Source of the DNA: Styela clava
Lineage: Eukaryota
Direction of reading: 5' to 3'
NCBI RefSeq assembly: GCF_964204865.1
Contig: NC_135252.1
Span: 13,082,001 to 13,146,000, forward strand
DNA length: 64,000 nucleotides
Shown: positions 25,035 through 39,140 of the stretch, in pieces
Layout of the letters: each line of letters begins with the position of its first letter
Numbering within the stretch: position 1 is the first letter of the stretch
Translations under genes and position numbers: made by a program
Notes under the pieces: model-generated
Told to the model about the DNA's origin: nothing
The model's input: the letters and a program-made list of their open reading frames with translations, nothing else
The model's database searches: none

Positions 25035-26004
25035 CCTTGGTATGTTGCACACTATATCAGGAAAAGATAGTAGCTATTTATCCCAAGATGAAATTAGCCT
25101 GTTAATGGGCCGTCAATAGTGTACACTGTCTGTCCGCTGGTTAGGTCACTCTTTCAACGGAAAATGCTTTCTGCACCAGAAGTTAATCCCTTAGTAGAAC
25201 TTCAAAACATACATGCAGTTGGTATAATTCTGATCCTACTACATGTCAAAAACTAGAACATGAATAAAAAAAATTGATTAGAAACTTTTATCGACCACAT
25301 TGGGTCTTTAAATTATCATATTTACTTTGCTCAGTTTTTAATTATAATGAATTATAAAAAAACTTGTTGCCGAATATATTAGTTAGTACCTTCAATTTTG
25401 CAATTAACGTATAATTTGAAAATGAGATTAACTTCAAAGGACATATTTTATAATATTTCTCATTGTATACTCTAATTAAACCATATTCATCTAAATATAT
25501 TTTACACTTTTGTTTGTTAACATTTGAATATCATTTTCTGTAATATAATTTGTCTACACAACGGAAGTAAATTAATATGACAAATATCAACCTGGACTGA
25601 AAACATGGTTTGAAAAGACTTTAAATATAGTTGAAATCAGATAGCTAAACGTATGTAAATATATTTATTGTATAGGATGCTAGGGCTGTTTCTCTAATAT
25701 AAGACCCGTGCGCGCCGAGACTGCGCACTGATCAAATTACGCTCGTTTGGTTACAGATGTCAACTCGAGTTGCGCGGTATCCATTTTGCAGCAGTATGAT
25801 ATGATAAAAATATCTTATTTTCTAACTAACAGCAGAAGGGACTGATTTTGTCGTGGGGTAACTGCAACACATTGTGGATTGGCATTGTGAATAAACCATC
25901 ATCTAGTCTAGATCCAATGCAAGTGACCCTGGGAAGCTGTGACGGCGACAAATAAGTTCCAACTGAGATAGCCATGGCCGGCTTGTAGATTAAGTAGCTG
26001 GACG

Positions 26005-26286
26005 CAGTGATTTCCAACCCTCCCCCCGCTTAAGCGCGCCCTGAACCCCAGCCGTGTCGTCCCGCACTTTTCCTTGCTCCCCTTTTCTGGCCCTACAATT
26101 TCATTCTGCTGTGGATTTGGGCTGGCCGTCAATCAACTTGGGGGCCCCCATGTACATCGTTTCTTAAATACATACCATTTTTTTTAAGAATACAAATAGC
26201 CTAGTTTTATCTCTAATAGCAAATTATTTACCACCCCCTAAATTTTGAAACACCCCCCCTAAAGAGAAAAGCTGGGGAACATACTG
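26005..26286. mobile_element. hAT-type MITE, GC-rich, 282 bp
   Basis: Perfect 8-bp TSD GCTGGACG (25997-26004, 26287-26294). Imperfect TIRs CAGTGATTTCC / GGGGAACATACTG. Confidence 0.7.
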
Positions 26287-27030
26287 GCTGGACGCATTCC
26301 CAAATTCATTTGTCTGCCTAATACGCTTGCCACCGACTTACAATGTGAAACAATTATTCCAATATGAACAATTCCGTGCATTTAATTTGATACTTGATAG
26401 GCTCCGATACAGGATATTATATAAGCGTCCGTCATTGATGTATAGCCCTAGTAGATGCTGCTTGCTGCAGTGCTGTGTATTTAGAATTTCTTACAGATGT
26501 AGGACAAACATGTTTGATTGTCGCTAGACCAAGTTAACGGCCTATGTATCAATATTAAGATGGAAATATACGTTCACTGACAGCAAGGCGAATGCAGAAA
26601 TTTAAACTCCACCCCTAAACTAGAAATGGGCTGCTAAATGCAAAGCGCAGCCTGAAACAACGAACTGATCTAACCTTGGGTCTTAGTCGGTGAAGGGCGA
26701 AGAAAACCGCGGGCTCGTAACATCTGTGTGATGTCATAATTGGTACTGTATTGGATGACCCGTGACCAAAGCGTATACTGTATATAATACCCGTATATGC
26801 CACTGAACTGGAAATACATCCGTGGTATATGCCCGTGACTATACTCAAGGTCAAATCAAGGTAAGGTTCATCGTTAACGTATTATCAAACTATCTGATTA
26901 AAAATACAGAAAAGAAGCTGATCGCATTATGCTTTGGCGATATATCAAAGCTACAATACATGTTATGTAATGGGCAGCATTTTAGATAATCTTTTACTGA
27001 TAGTTTAGTAAATATTTCGATAATATTATT

Positions 27031-29271
27031 CATGCATAGTTTACATAGAAATTTTCACGCCAGCAAATCTGTTTTGAATGGGTTTATCCATACTTTTTTA
27101 AAGTGACGAATCTGACTAAACTGCCAGTATATTAAAAATATTTAAAAAAAATAACAGCACGATAAGAAAATCTATATACAAATACTTCTATACATGTACT
27201 ATGAATTCACTATCGTGATAAAGTGAACCAATTACCGGAACTGCCAGTTCATTTAAACGCTGCGCTTTTGTATGCATTCTTGCGTGAGTGATAAACCTGA
27301 GCTAATATTTGAAATAATACATAGACAGTCTCTTTTTAGCTTGTCTGGCCTAATCGATAATTACAGTCCTCGTCGCATTTTTGAAGTGCAATGCAAATGG
27401 GCAATTTCTTCAAGTTGCTGAATACTCTAGAATTATACGCCCGTAATCCGTCATTATCTTTGCAGAATTGCAGATCAATAGTGACATCACACTGCAATGA
27501 ACAGTTTATTGTAACTGCCAGTTCATTTTGAGCGCTGCGCGTATTTTTGGCATCCTTTCTCGCGTGACATTAATCTGGCTGATGCCTGATAGCTAAAACG
27601 AGAATATCGGTCAGAGACCGAAGACTTATTGATCGAAAGTTAGGGGATCCCCCAAAAAAGCGCTCTTACTCCATAGTGACACCTTGTGTCCCATCACTAA
27701 TTAATTAATAACTCACTAATTATACATACAGACAAATACCTATCACATACTTACCGATTAAAATCGATAGGTAACAAGTTCATCAAAATCCCCAAAGGCT
27801 TCTCCAGTTTATGGACTATCGAAATGAAAGACAACTTGTTTGTTTGAAAGAGTGTTCTCTTCTGCGGGGAGTAGCGTTGTTGAAATTTTTATTTTCAACT
27901 TAGTTGATGAGAAAATGGCTATAAATTGTAACGAAATTCGAAATTTTCTAACGATCGGCACGTTTTTTTTTGCTGTTGCCATGAAAACAAAACTTCAATC
28001 TAAACTTTTTTGACAAAACGCACATAACAGGAGTTACAGGATAACCCACGTGAGAAATTTCGTACAGATCGGCCCAGTCGTTTAGTCGCTACCAAAGCGT
28101 ATACAGACAGCCAGAACGACTGATAACAAGGGTCTCCTAGAGCGGAGATCCAATAGAACGACTGATAATAAGGATCTAGTAGAGCGGAGATCCAGTAATA
28201 TGAAATTATCTATTCAGACGATATTACGGCATATCTTCACAAGAAACGAGATAATGATTAGTAATGATGCCATTTTTATCTGAATTATTAGATACAATCT
28301 GCAAAAAAAAAACGTCGATAATTTCTTTTGAAAATGGGAATATTAAAAAAAACATGGTCAAATCTGTCATAGATATGGAGTATAGTAATTAAAGTAAAAG
28401 ATAGATGCCGCAAAAAAACGAAACCATCGACACAGGTATCCAAAAGTAATTTACTATATATATCGCAATTCGATCCTCAAGTGGATAAGAATACATTAGC
28501 AGCAAAATGGATGGGATTGAGCAAAATTTTCACCCTCCTGGGAGATATATATCTTCTTAGCACTATGCTACTGAGTTTTACGCTTATTCCAATTGAGTTG
28601 AGTACATGTCTATTTGATCAAAGTACATCGTTTCAGAATTTTCAGCAAGTAAATAGCATATTTAATTAGCGTTTGATTATTCAGTTTGATAAAAGATCGG
28701 AAGCGGAAGAGATCTGGATACTTCCGCACTATTGTATTTTGTAACGTAATTCACGAATTCTCAAATTACCCTGCATTTGTCTGAAATGTAGAAAGAATCT
28801 GCGTTTTGGAATCCCCGTACTTGAACACATGTAATAAATCAATCTTACGAAATTAACACAAAGGCAAAATAGAAAAAATTTGAGAAAATAAATAATATTC
28901 GACAAGACTATAAAGTCTAAAGCTTTGAGAAAGACAATATAAAATTCTGATATGCAACTGTGCTGTTGGGAGCGATTGAGTGCATTTCATCACGATTTAG
29001 TGTTGGGCTTTCATGGGTCAGAGTTATTTGATAACACTGAAACTAATTCGTTGGATCTAATATTTTCTGACATAAGTTTTGTTAAATAAAATAGTATCAT
29101 GCATGCATAGTTTACATAGAAATTTTCACGCCAGCAAAATGTTTTGAATGTGTTTATCCATACTTTTTTAAAGTGACGAATCTGACCAAACTGCCAGTAT
29201 AATAAAAATAACACAGCACTTGGATAAGCAAATCTATATACAAATACCACTATACATGTACTATGAATTCA
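27031..29271 (+). repeat. Dispersed direct duplication, ~170-180 bp (27031-27210 and 29102-29271)
   Basis: Both copies read CATGCATAGTTTACATAGAAATTTTCACGCCAGCAAA...AAGTGACGAATCTGAC.AAACTGCCAGTAT...TATACATGTACTATGAATTCAC with a few substitutions and indels. Confidence 0.9.
27597..27775 (-). mobile_element. Helentron/DINE-1-like non-autonomous element (copy 1)
   Basis: Reverse-complement homolog of 42477-42753. Terminal hairpin TCGGTC-AGA-GACCGA. Confidence 0.6.
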
Positions 29272-30270
29272 CAGACGAAATAGGAGTTGCTTTCCTGATA
29301 CTTGTCAGGTTCATATGCCTTTTCGTCAATAATTTTTTTTGTAGTGCCTACCTACAGCGTGTTGGATATAAGCACCGGTGAATACAATAGTACTATTGTT
29401 CTAACAGCCAATGAAGCCGGATATATACCCGGCGTAATAGCTGCACGTTTTCCAGTCATGCAACATTGGGAAGCATATGCCACAAGGCAACCGTACAGTT
29501 AAACTTATACACAGATATTTCTGCAGTTGATAGCAAAATAAAGCGCCAAGATAGAAATGTGGGGTAACCTGTATATAGTTATAGAGGTATTTATACAAAA
29601 AATGCTTTCACGATCTATGTCAACAAAATATGTTTTGTTTACGACATGACTCATAGCCATAATTAGTCTCAGAGTGCCAAAGATATGCTGGAAATCGTGC
29701 AGAATCGATTCTTACGGTCTCTTCGAACAGCAAGATAAAGGTTCGGTACTTGAAACGTGAACCCCCTGATAATTTGCTCAATGCGACGTTTATTACATTT
29801 CAGTAATGTGGTCATAGAAATTGAATACAAAGAAGCGGAAGGATATAGTAATAATATATAACTCTTGACTCAACGTCTTTAAAATGAGTAATCATCATAA
29901 AGCATTGGTATTACTTATACATATTCATATAATTACGCGGATTGTCTAGCAGAAACTGTCAAACCTTTCAGCCCTTTGATTGTACTTACCGGCGCAAAGT
30001 TGAGAAAACAATAATAGCGTGTAATCGACTTTTATAAAAATACTGTTTTGCAGAAATACAACAGTATTACAAAGTTTCGACATACTGATAGACAGTTCAG
30101 TTTAATATATGTTTATATTAGTACATCGAAGCAAAGAGGCATTCAACATACCATTAAGATGCATCCTATACAATACGATATGTTCCCGATTTGAGAGATG
30201 CATGAAATTAAGGTGTCTGGTGTCTGTTTCCGTTAGTCTTGCAAGGTGCCGAAATTGCAATTTTTTATAC

Positions 30271-30371
30271 GTTGTTGTTAGCGTAAGCGTTGTCAGCCTC
30301 AACGCATTTTGTGCACGTTATTCATAAGTTGTTGTTAGCGTAAGCGTTGTCAGCCTCAACGCATTTTGTGC
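30271..30371 (+). repeat. 44-bp perfect direct repeat (30271-30314, 30328-30371)
   Basis: GTTGTTGTTAGCGTAAGCGTTGTCAGCCTCAACGCATTTTGTGC occurs twice with a 13-bp spacer. Confidence 0.95.
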
Positions 30372-31223
30372 TAAAATTTATCAGGTCATATCAAAGATTG
30401 AGAGATTGAGTAGGTCACCTTTGATCTTGTTGTTACCTTACAAGTTGTATTTTTTTTAAAGAAACAAGTGAAAAGGCAAATGGTCAATGTAGTTTTAGTT
30501 TAGTGCTTAAAGTTCATAAATATATACTTATGAAACGTCAACAAAATTGTAAAAAACATTTTTAATAATTTTTAATGTGTCATAATTATTCTTATATAGT
30601 CAAGTGCTATTAATATCGGGATGGTCTCATAAACATATATATCTCAATGTCGATATTATCACAATATGATTTAAAGTTCAGCTCAGTATTGAATCTCGTT
30701 CTGAATTAATGTATAGCAGAGCTACGGGGAGCAGAGCGTTTTGTGGGTCGCATGTGTCCCGTTTGTCTCGTTTCAATATCATCGTTGCAGCGTCGTAGTT
30801 GATGTATTTATATCAATAGGGTATTTAATTTTGGGAAGCAGTTTCGATTGGAATGCAGTATGGTCACTGAAGCTTTATTAAACACCGTGCTTAAACTGTT
30901 GATAATGAGGTAATAAAGACAGAAAATTGTTGGGTGAACACCAAGTGAAGAACCTAGTTTACATAATAGCGAAAGTGGTAATGGAAATAAAAACAACTAA
31001 GAGATTATCCGAATCTAAGATTATCTTGATATTATTAGAGGTAAAAACCAATTTTGATTTCTTTACACGATCATGATAAGTTAATTGATTTCTACGTCTC
31101 ACCAGAATAAGCATTGTTCACCATTTAGTGATACACTCGGCAGATAATTTTTTTTATTTGACGAGAGAAAGTTTGGATTTAGCTGCTTATGGAAACGAAG
31201 CCCTACATTATAATTTGAAAGTT

Positions 31224-34200
31224 ATGTCAACTCTTCGTACTTCATTCTGGGAAAATTTGCTCCGAAAAAAGACGTTGACTGCAGATCTTATGAAAACAGG
31301 TATTGGGGGAATGCATATGTTATAATATATTGAAACACAGGCCGATGTGCATAAATTTTAGAATGGTGGACAGTGAAACTCGAATATTGTATTGAAACAT
31401 AGTCTAGCTAGAACCATTTAACCAATATTTTCCATCCAAGGCATTTATTATTCATTCAAATCTCATAGTTCGAACTTGAAAAAAGGTTTTAAAAATATTT
31501 TTTTGAGTATTGTAATATAATACTTTTTGCATACAATTTAACTTGAATAAAGCATCATGAAGAATTAAAATTGTGCCATCATAAGACATTAAGCCACTTA
31601 CACCATAATATTTTCACATATTCATTGGTAAAATAAATATACAGTCTAATACCAGCTTTGTAAAAAGCATAATATGATACTACATTTCTTTCAGATTTGC
31701 AAAAATGTTTAACGTTATCTGATCTCACATTTATGGCAATTGGTTCAATGGTTGGTAGTGGATTATATGTTCTGACCGGCACAATAGCTCGTGACGTTGC
31801 TGGTCCATCTGTTATCATTAGTTACATTATTGCAGCAATAGCATCCTGTTTATCTGCAATTAGCTATGCTGGTAAGTTGAGAAATGACATTTTATATATC
31901 AGAGTAGCATGGTTTGATTACAATTCGGCTATACGTCCACGTAAATGAAGTCGTCATGTTTGTTCGTTAAACTACGTCAATAAAAAATTAAATAATATAC
32001 GTCAATTTCAATCCTGTTATTATTAGCCGATTTGAAGCTAGTCATACCTTCATAATTGGTGCAATTCAACACTTCCGTTGCCATTGGCACTCGAAAAATC
32101 GAATTTTCATTTTTGAAAAACATTTTGATATTAACTTTCGTTTATACTTTTATATAGAAACCATATGTCAAAACTGGTAACTTTTCCTTTCAGAATTTGG
32201 AGCTAGAATTCCTATTACCGGATCAGCTTACCAATTCACTTACCTGAGTATTGGTGAATTTTGGGCTTTTATTATCGGGTGGAATGTACTGATTGAGCAT
32301 GTTGTTTCTGGTGCTGCAGTTGCCAAAGCTTTTAGCGGGTAAGAACTGTTGCATAAGTTTCCAACAAAATTTGTCACACAAAAATTTTGGAATTTTGAAG
32401 TTTTCTTCAGTTACGAATCTTACGATATTCTTGTTTTGTATTATTCCTACTATCCTTTGAAGAAAATAGCCAAACTTAAAGTAACTTAATTTGGTATTGG
32501 CAATGTTATCTCAATGCTTTGCCAAACTTAAGCACACTGCAGATAAGACAGATGAATTTTAAATAAAAAAACACTTTTATTATCACATATTGCATATTTT
32601 CAATAAAGGTACGTCGACGGTTTAACTAACAATGTTGTTCGTAAATACTTGATCAAACATGCGCCGATGATTGGAGGGGGATTAGTGGCAAAATATCCAG
32701 ACTTACTTGCTGTTGCTATTCTCATTGTGGCAACTATTATCTTAGCTACAGGAGCTAAATTATCCAGTAAAGTAACTGCTGGATTTGCGGGGCTGAACTT
32801 GCTTGTCGTTGTATTTGTCATGGGTGAGACAACTTATATCCTTTTTATATTCTCTTGTACTACAACAAGTACTTCAACTTTTGGTAGACCACTCATGTAG
32901 TGTTCTAGAGCTAGGCCAAACTATGAGCGCCATTCATCTACTTTTCTGCTTACTGTCAGCACATACTACGGCTCTCAAATATTCAACACTCGTATGTACC
33001 AAGGGATGTAGCATCATGTAGGTAAAAGTTGTTATCTAGAGTTACATATATCAACGAGGACAGACTGAAGTTTGAAAAACTGTTATGGAAATGGATGATT
33101 CACGGACAGTATTTCCCAAAAATGATTTCTTTTTTTGACACCAGGAACATATAGAGTCTTTGCATATTACGTTGTTAAATGTATTCAGGCACTGGTTTTT
33201 ATCTTGGTGATTTGAAAAACTGGACTGAAGTGAAAGGAGGATTTTTTCCGTATGAATTCTCTGGGACAATCGCCGGTGCGGCTACTTTGATATTTTCTTA
33301 TGTGGGATACGAAGTCCTAGCTTCGGCAACGGAAGAGGCAATAAATCCAAACAGGTTGAGTTGCATTATTTATAAATCACGAAAATATTTACACTACAAT
33401 TTCAATACATACGCAAAGTTGTAAAATGATTTCAGCAGCAACTTGTCATTTATAATCGTATACGCGTTACTATTATTATTTATATGTATACTACGGGGTC
33501 ATACGAACAGTTTTCCCATTTTTAACTCATAATGCCTCGACTAAATTTATTAGTTTCAGAATTCTAGCGAAGACGATATAAAGCGTTTTTATAGTATAGT
33601 ACATTGAACTATTACCAATCTATTACAGGGTGGAAAAGGCTAGCATGTGTATTTTCAATACTCGGTGGTTGTCACATCGAGCTAATCGCTAAGAACACCC
33701 TTGCCATTGTACCTCTAATCACCCTGCGCAAGTTTATAGGTTAGGATCCCTGAGGGATAACTATATGCGAGAGGAATTATGGACTCTTCATAGAGGTAGG
33801 GTGATTTACGTGACAATTGTTTCATCAATAACGCCGTACATCCGAGACAAGTAACTGGTCCCATCCCCGACATGGACAGGTAACCGGACAAGAATCCGTG
33901 GTTCGTCGCATCTTTATGTCGTCTTACTGACTTTCCTCTCAACCGAGGTGAAAATTCTTGCTTAATTCGTTTAATTGAGGTAAATGTAATTACGTAGAAT
34001 GAGGTTTATGAAGTAACTCACAACTTCGTTGGAAAAATGCCATGGTTCGTAGGCTTGCACGTAATTGACAAAAATCAATTCCGTAATTACGGCCAAATCG
34101 ATTACGTAATGACCCCGTAATTGCGATATTTTTTTCACACTTTTAAACCTATCATAACAACCAATTTAATCCACTTCTATTCCGAATGGGATATCGACAG

Positions 34201-37200
34201 TTGGGACAGTTTGGTTTTCATATTTCCGCCAGTACTACACGCCGGCGACAGATGCTAAAGACAAATATCGAGGAGTGAATTCAAATTAATTTTATTCTGA
34301 TTTTTATCTTTTGTGTTAGCTTTGATTTTCCTTTATCAACTTTATCACCCAATTTTATGCGATCAATTTTATCATTACCAACACTGGTAAGTGGTAATAT
34401 TTATGAAACGATAGTTGACTTTTTTAAAATCGTATTAACGTATTAATACGAGTTTCGTATTGAATAAAAATTCCGGGTTTCTAATTTATAAATCAACGAC
34501 GAGCGTATTCTCCCGTTTGATTATACTTGCGCTTGCCTCGCGACGAAGACTTGTTATTATACCGTCATTTTACATTATCCGACTTTACTACCTAGTTAGC
34601 ATTTTATAATAATTATTGATGCCGACTTATTGACGATATTCCGATTACCATGCTTCTTTTTACATCAAATCATTTCGCGGCCTAAATGTTATAGCATTAT
34701 TTGCGATAAATTTAGATCAAATATTAATTATTTGCGCATAATTTAAATTCCGTACTTATATGACATGCCTTCTCCGAAAATACAAAGTTATATCGCAAAA
34801 CAATGCATTTTGTGACATTTATTTTGCACTCACGAAAATATTAATTTACTTTTCTAACTCAAGTCGACAATCCTATCGGCTAAGATCGACACAAGTTTGG
34901 TCGAGTGCCGGTGGTATTTGAGTCGACGATAAATCAAAATAAGTTGCCGCATTTGGTAAAGACTTAAAGATTTTGTAAAGACATATTTGGCCGAAATAGT
35001 GCGAATTTACGTAATTCGTAACTTCGCTTCCGTAACTCGAAATAATTCCGTAATTCCGTAAATTACGTGCAAGCCTACATGGTTGTAGTGAATTCTTTTC
35101 AGCTTGCATTCAATATTCAAATATTTTGATTCAATAAATTTCAGAGATATTCCGCTCTCACTCCTCATTGCTATGTCAACAGTTGTGCTAGCGTATGTTG
35201 GTGCTTCGTCGGCTTTAACTCTGATGGTTCCATACAACTTAATATCTGTATTATCACCTTTTCCTGATGCTTATATTGAATACGGATGGAATTGGGCACG
35301 GTGTGTATTGTTTACTAATGTTTTTAAACAGCAATGGAAATTTATTTATTAATTATTTATTACGGTATTATACAATTATCATTGAATGTACCAAAATCCC
35401 ATAACAATTCATAACATGTTAATTTTGCCGTTGTAATGCACAGCTAGTGAGCGTTGATATAATCAGCGATTATAAAAAGATAATTATCATTAAAGACAAT
35501 ATGAAAGTGTCAATTAAAAATTCACAATGAATATATGTTTTATATTGTAATAATAATGAATAATAATAATTTTACATATATAATTCTGTCTTGCCAACAA
35601 TATCTTCAATCATTTACTTGTATTAAAAAATAAAACCATGGACTTATATATCATTATCCCAGTGAGTCCATGATCCCAATTTTGAACTAATTTACCGCAT
35701 GAGTTTAATAGGTGGACATGTTTTTTTCACGATATACGCCAGGTATATCGTAGCGGTTGGTTCAATTGCCGCTATGTCCACTGCAATGTTATCAGCAATG
35801 TACGTTGTTCCTCGGTATTTCTTTGCCATGTCTAGGGATGGTTTGTTGATGACTATATTCGCAAAAGTCAGTGGAACAACACAAGTGAGTTCGTTCGACC
35901 AAATTTTTTGTCAGTACCTAGTAGACCATTGTCCAAGTTGTATCACAATTCTTTTATTATGTGAAATGAGATTTTATCGTTCGTTGCCAAAAGAAAGTCA
36001 AAGCCCAAAGTATATATGAGTATTCTAAAAGCATGACAAATTCAATATAACAGCGGATTATAAATATTGAACGCGTTCGAGTTTCAGTTCATATGATTGA
36101 TTCGTGGTTAGAACTACGATCGTAACTTCAATTACTTAGAAATGCCCTAATGCTTCTTATCAAATCTGTTGTTGTGGTTTGTCTGCTTCATATAAATTTT
36201 CACATTAAAAATTTATGTATTTTCAGGTTCCTATTTTTGCGATTGTTGTGACTGGGATCATGTGTATATTATTTGCCGTAGTTTTTGAGTTGCATGCCCT
36301 CGTCGAATTCATTTCTATCGGGCAACTTCTTGCCTGTACTTTTGTTTCAATATGCGTCATAAAGCTCAGATACCAACCAAATACTATAACAAGGTAAAAA
36401 CGGGTAATAAAACAACTTTGCCAGAATAGACCATCAACAATTAGTTGCGTCTGAAATGCGTTCAAGAGATACCCAAACTCATCTGCCACAATTCGCAGAT
36501 GGAAGTATTGGTTTCTGCACAGTTTGTGATAAATATAGATCAAGCCACTCATTATCTCAAAATAAAAGCAAGTGCCTATGAGTTTTTTTAAATGCTTGGA
36601 TAATGGTCAGAAAACGCTAGGAATGCACAGTAATATATTTCAATTTTCAAAAATTCAGGTTTGTAGAACTGCATCATTTTGGAGATTATGAACGGCTTTT
36701 GGATACAGAAGAAACAAATGAGGTTTCATCTAATGGAAGAGTAGTGGAAACTGATCGGTCACGCCTGACTGAAACTTCTGTAATTTCAGAAATGGAAATA
36801 GAATCGAACGATGCCTCGTATGCATCCCCTAAAAGTGAAACAACAAAATCGAACACGACAGACGAAGATCTCTGGCTAAATAGCGAACATATAGTGGGCA
36901 CCGTGAAAACAGAAGTTTTATCTAGTAGATTTGGATATATTTTTCAGCCATTGACTATATATGAAGCTGGTTCCGTTCCAAGCTATCTACTTATTATTTC
37001 CACATTCGCGGTGACAATTGTTGTTGCATTCTGCCTCTTCACGCACGAGTATATCACTTCGTGGTGGAGTATTCTAATAATTTGCATATTCTCTCTAATT
37101 GCTGTTGTCTCGCTTCTTCTACTTCTCACATTCAACCAAGACGAAACTATCAAAACATTTACGGTAAGTTTGCGTAAGCAACGAGTTCAATCATAGACGC

Positions 37201-37979
37201 ATCTAATGAGGTTTGTCCTAATTTAACCAAAATTTATTTATCTTACCACAGGTTCCAGCAGTTCCATTTTTACCTTTTGTTAGTGTAATAATCAACATTG
37301 TTCTTATTCTGAAACTCCAACCAATGACGTGGATACGACTTGGTATTTGGTGCACAATAGGTAAGAGAAAAGTGAAATCCAACCGCTTAACGTAACTCGT
37401 TCTGAAAAGATATGTCATATTACCGATTTCTCGTAAAAAGGACCGAATTGATGAATAAACTCTGTAATACCACGCCTTAATTATCATTCACTTCTATATG
37501 CTTTTAAAAAACAATGAAACACAATAAAAATAACCAAATATAGAAACTTAAATGCCATTGATTTAATTCTTTAATGTCAATAAAATTACAAAATTAATTT
37601 TCCTTTTGGCAAAATAAGCTTTTGTCCATATACAAATATCCTTTTGTTCATATATAATGTATTTGATTCTGAAACACATGGTGTTCAACCAAAAGTTGAA
37701 GTGTATTAAATATCACATGTCATTATCGATATGACGAGTACATGAAACATGTGAAGAATAAGCATTTTAATAATACAATACGTTTAATATATGCAATCAA
37801 TCTAGAGTTTTGTTAAGCATTATATATTGGTTTACGAACGACTTCTTTCAACAGCTATTTACCCACTACATTTCAATATATACTCTTTCAAATAAATTTG
37901 TTCTATTTTTGATCTAACAGGATTGATCATTTATTTCTGTTACGGATACAGAAACAGTGCAGAACGTAAGAATGAATAG
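31224..37979 (+). CDS. SLC7A4: Cationic amino acid transporter (SLC7/CAT family, closest to SLC7A4/CAT-4), ~638 aa, 11 exons
   Basis: Exons 31224-31299, 31695-31871, 32194-32338, 32609-32823, 33189-33354, 35145-35300, 35743-35884, 36227-36393, 36659-37163, 37252-37360, 37921-37979. Motifs GSMVGSGLYVLTG, AGPSV, YAEFGARIPITGSAY, GEFWAFIIGWN, GGFFPY, EEAINP, AMSRDGL, VPAVPFLP, IYFCYGYRNS. Symbol is by resemblance, not a tested orthology. Confidence 0.92.
33715..33950 (+). repeat. Probable interspersed repeat (SINE-like) in SLC7 intron 5
   Basis: GC-elevated ~240-bp block in an AT-rich intron, no coding signal. No second copy in the window, so classification is tentative. Confidence 0.3.
34050..35077. 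mobile_element. Non-autonomous hAT-like element in SLC7 intron 5
   Basis: 17-bp perfect TIRs TAGGCTTGCACGTAATT / AATTACGTGCAAGCCTA. Many subterminal CGTAAT repeats. Flanks CATGGTTCG / CATGGTTG (TSD with 1-nt indel). Confidence 0.85.
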
Positions 37980-38465
37980 AAAAAGAAGTTGTAAAACTGC
38001 CTTCTGGCAATGCGATGACGATGAAAGTGCTGTTGCGACACTGTGTTCATTATGTTACTTTCAGCTTTTCTATTTAAACGACTCTATTTAACATTGTCTC
38101 ACAAATATTATAAAGTAATTAGGTAAATATTCAATATATATATTCTTTAGTCGCATTTTCATGGGGCTGCAGATAATTAATACTTTCATATTGACTAACG
38201 TGTGGCTTATCAGGAACTGGAAATTCCAGCTAGCCATCCACGTGTATTGACAAATATAATTTTTCATTTTATCCCAAGCAGCTTTCCTTCTAGAATATTC
38301 ATCAACAAACTCACGAATAAAATTTAGTCCTTAAGTTGAGAAATGTTGAGAAATGAGTGATTGCTTTCTGTTCTGATATGCCTCCGGTTTGGCATTGGTT
38401 AAAAAACAATTCTTTGCATAGTACAAATTACACCATGAAAATGGTAACAAAAACATTGCTTTTCG

Positions 38466-38564
38466 GGCGCTGAGGAAGTATGTGTACCAAGACGACGCAC
38501 AACCTGAACCCTAACCTGGTACACGTACCATGTTTGGGTTGTGTATACATACTTACGGAGCACC
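38466..38564. mobile_element. Small palindromic MITE (family A)
   Basis: Termini GGCGCTGAGGAAGTATGTGTAC / GTATACATACTTACGGAGCACC. Perfect 8-bp TSD GCTTTTCG. Confidence 0.8.
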
Positions 38565-39140
38565 GCTTTTCGGGGTGCAAAGATATCTGATAAGAGCTAA
38601 TTCATTCAGAAGCAGTTTTAGTAAATCCAACTATATCTATCGTGTTTGTGAAAGATATGATTTTTAATGAGGGGATCAATATTTGAATTACCAAGATAAA
38701 AATGGCGATAAACCTAATACAGAAATAGACAAGTTTGTACTCCATGCTTTTATTATCCCAAACGTCAACCAAGTGTCCTAAAGCAGCTCAAATCAAAGAA
38801 AGAAGTTCAAATCAAAACACCGTGCCGTTAACAGAAGAAAGGTATACGTAAGAAGCGTCAAATATCGTGATTGTATAAAGCGTTAGTAGATGTCAAGATA
38901 CAAATCCCCACAGCAAACATTCAGAAAAAAAAATTCAATTGCTAACGTTACTAAAAAATAATATTCAACACGAAGTTGACTTATGGGTCGTTTTCTTAAA
39001 TTGCTAATGTTGTTTCCGGGATGGTAACGGTTGTTGTGGTTGTTGTGCAGAAATAAACGCCATATGATTCATATATTTTAGCATTTTTCTTCTGAGTAAA
39101 TGAGTAATCCAAATAAAGGTATTATAGTAATGAACAATTA

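Noticed and set aside
30271-30371. CRISPR-like repeat-spacer-repeat
   Set aside because: Only two units, 13-bp spacer, eukaryotic context, no cas genes.
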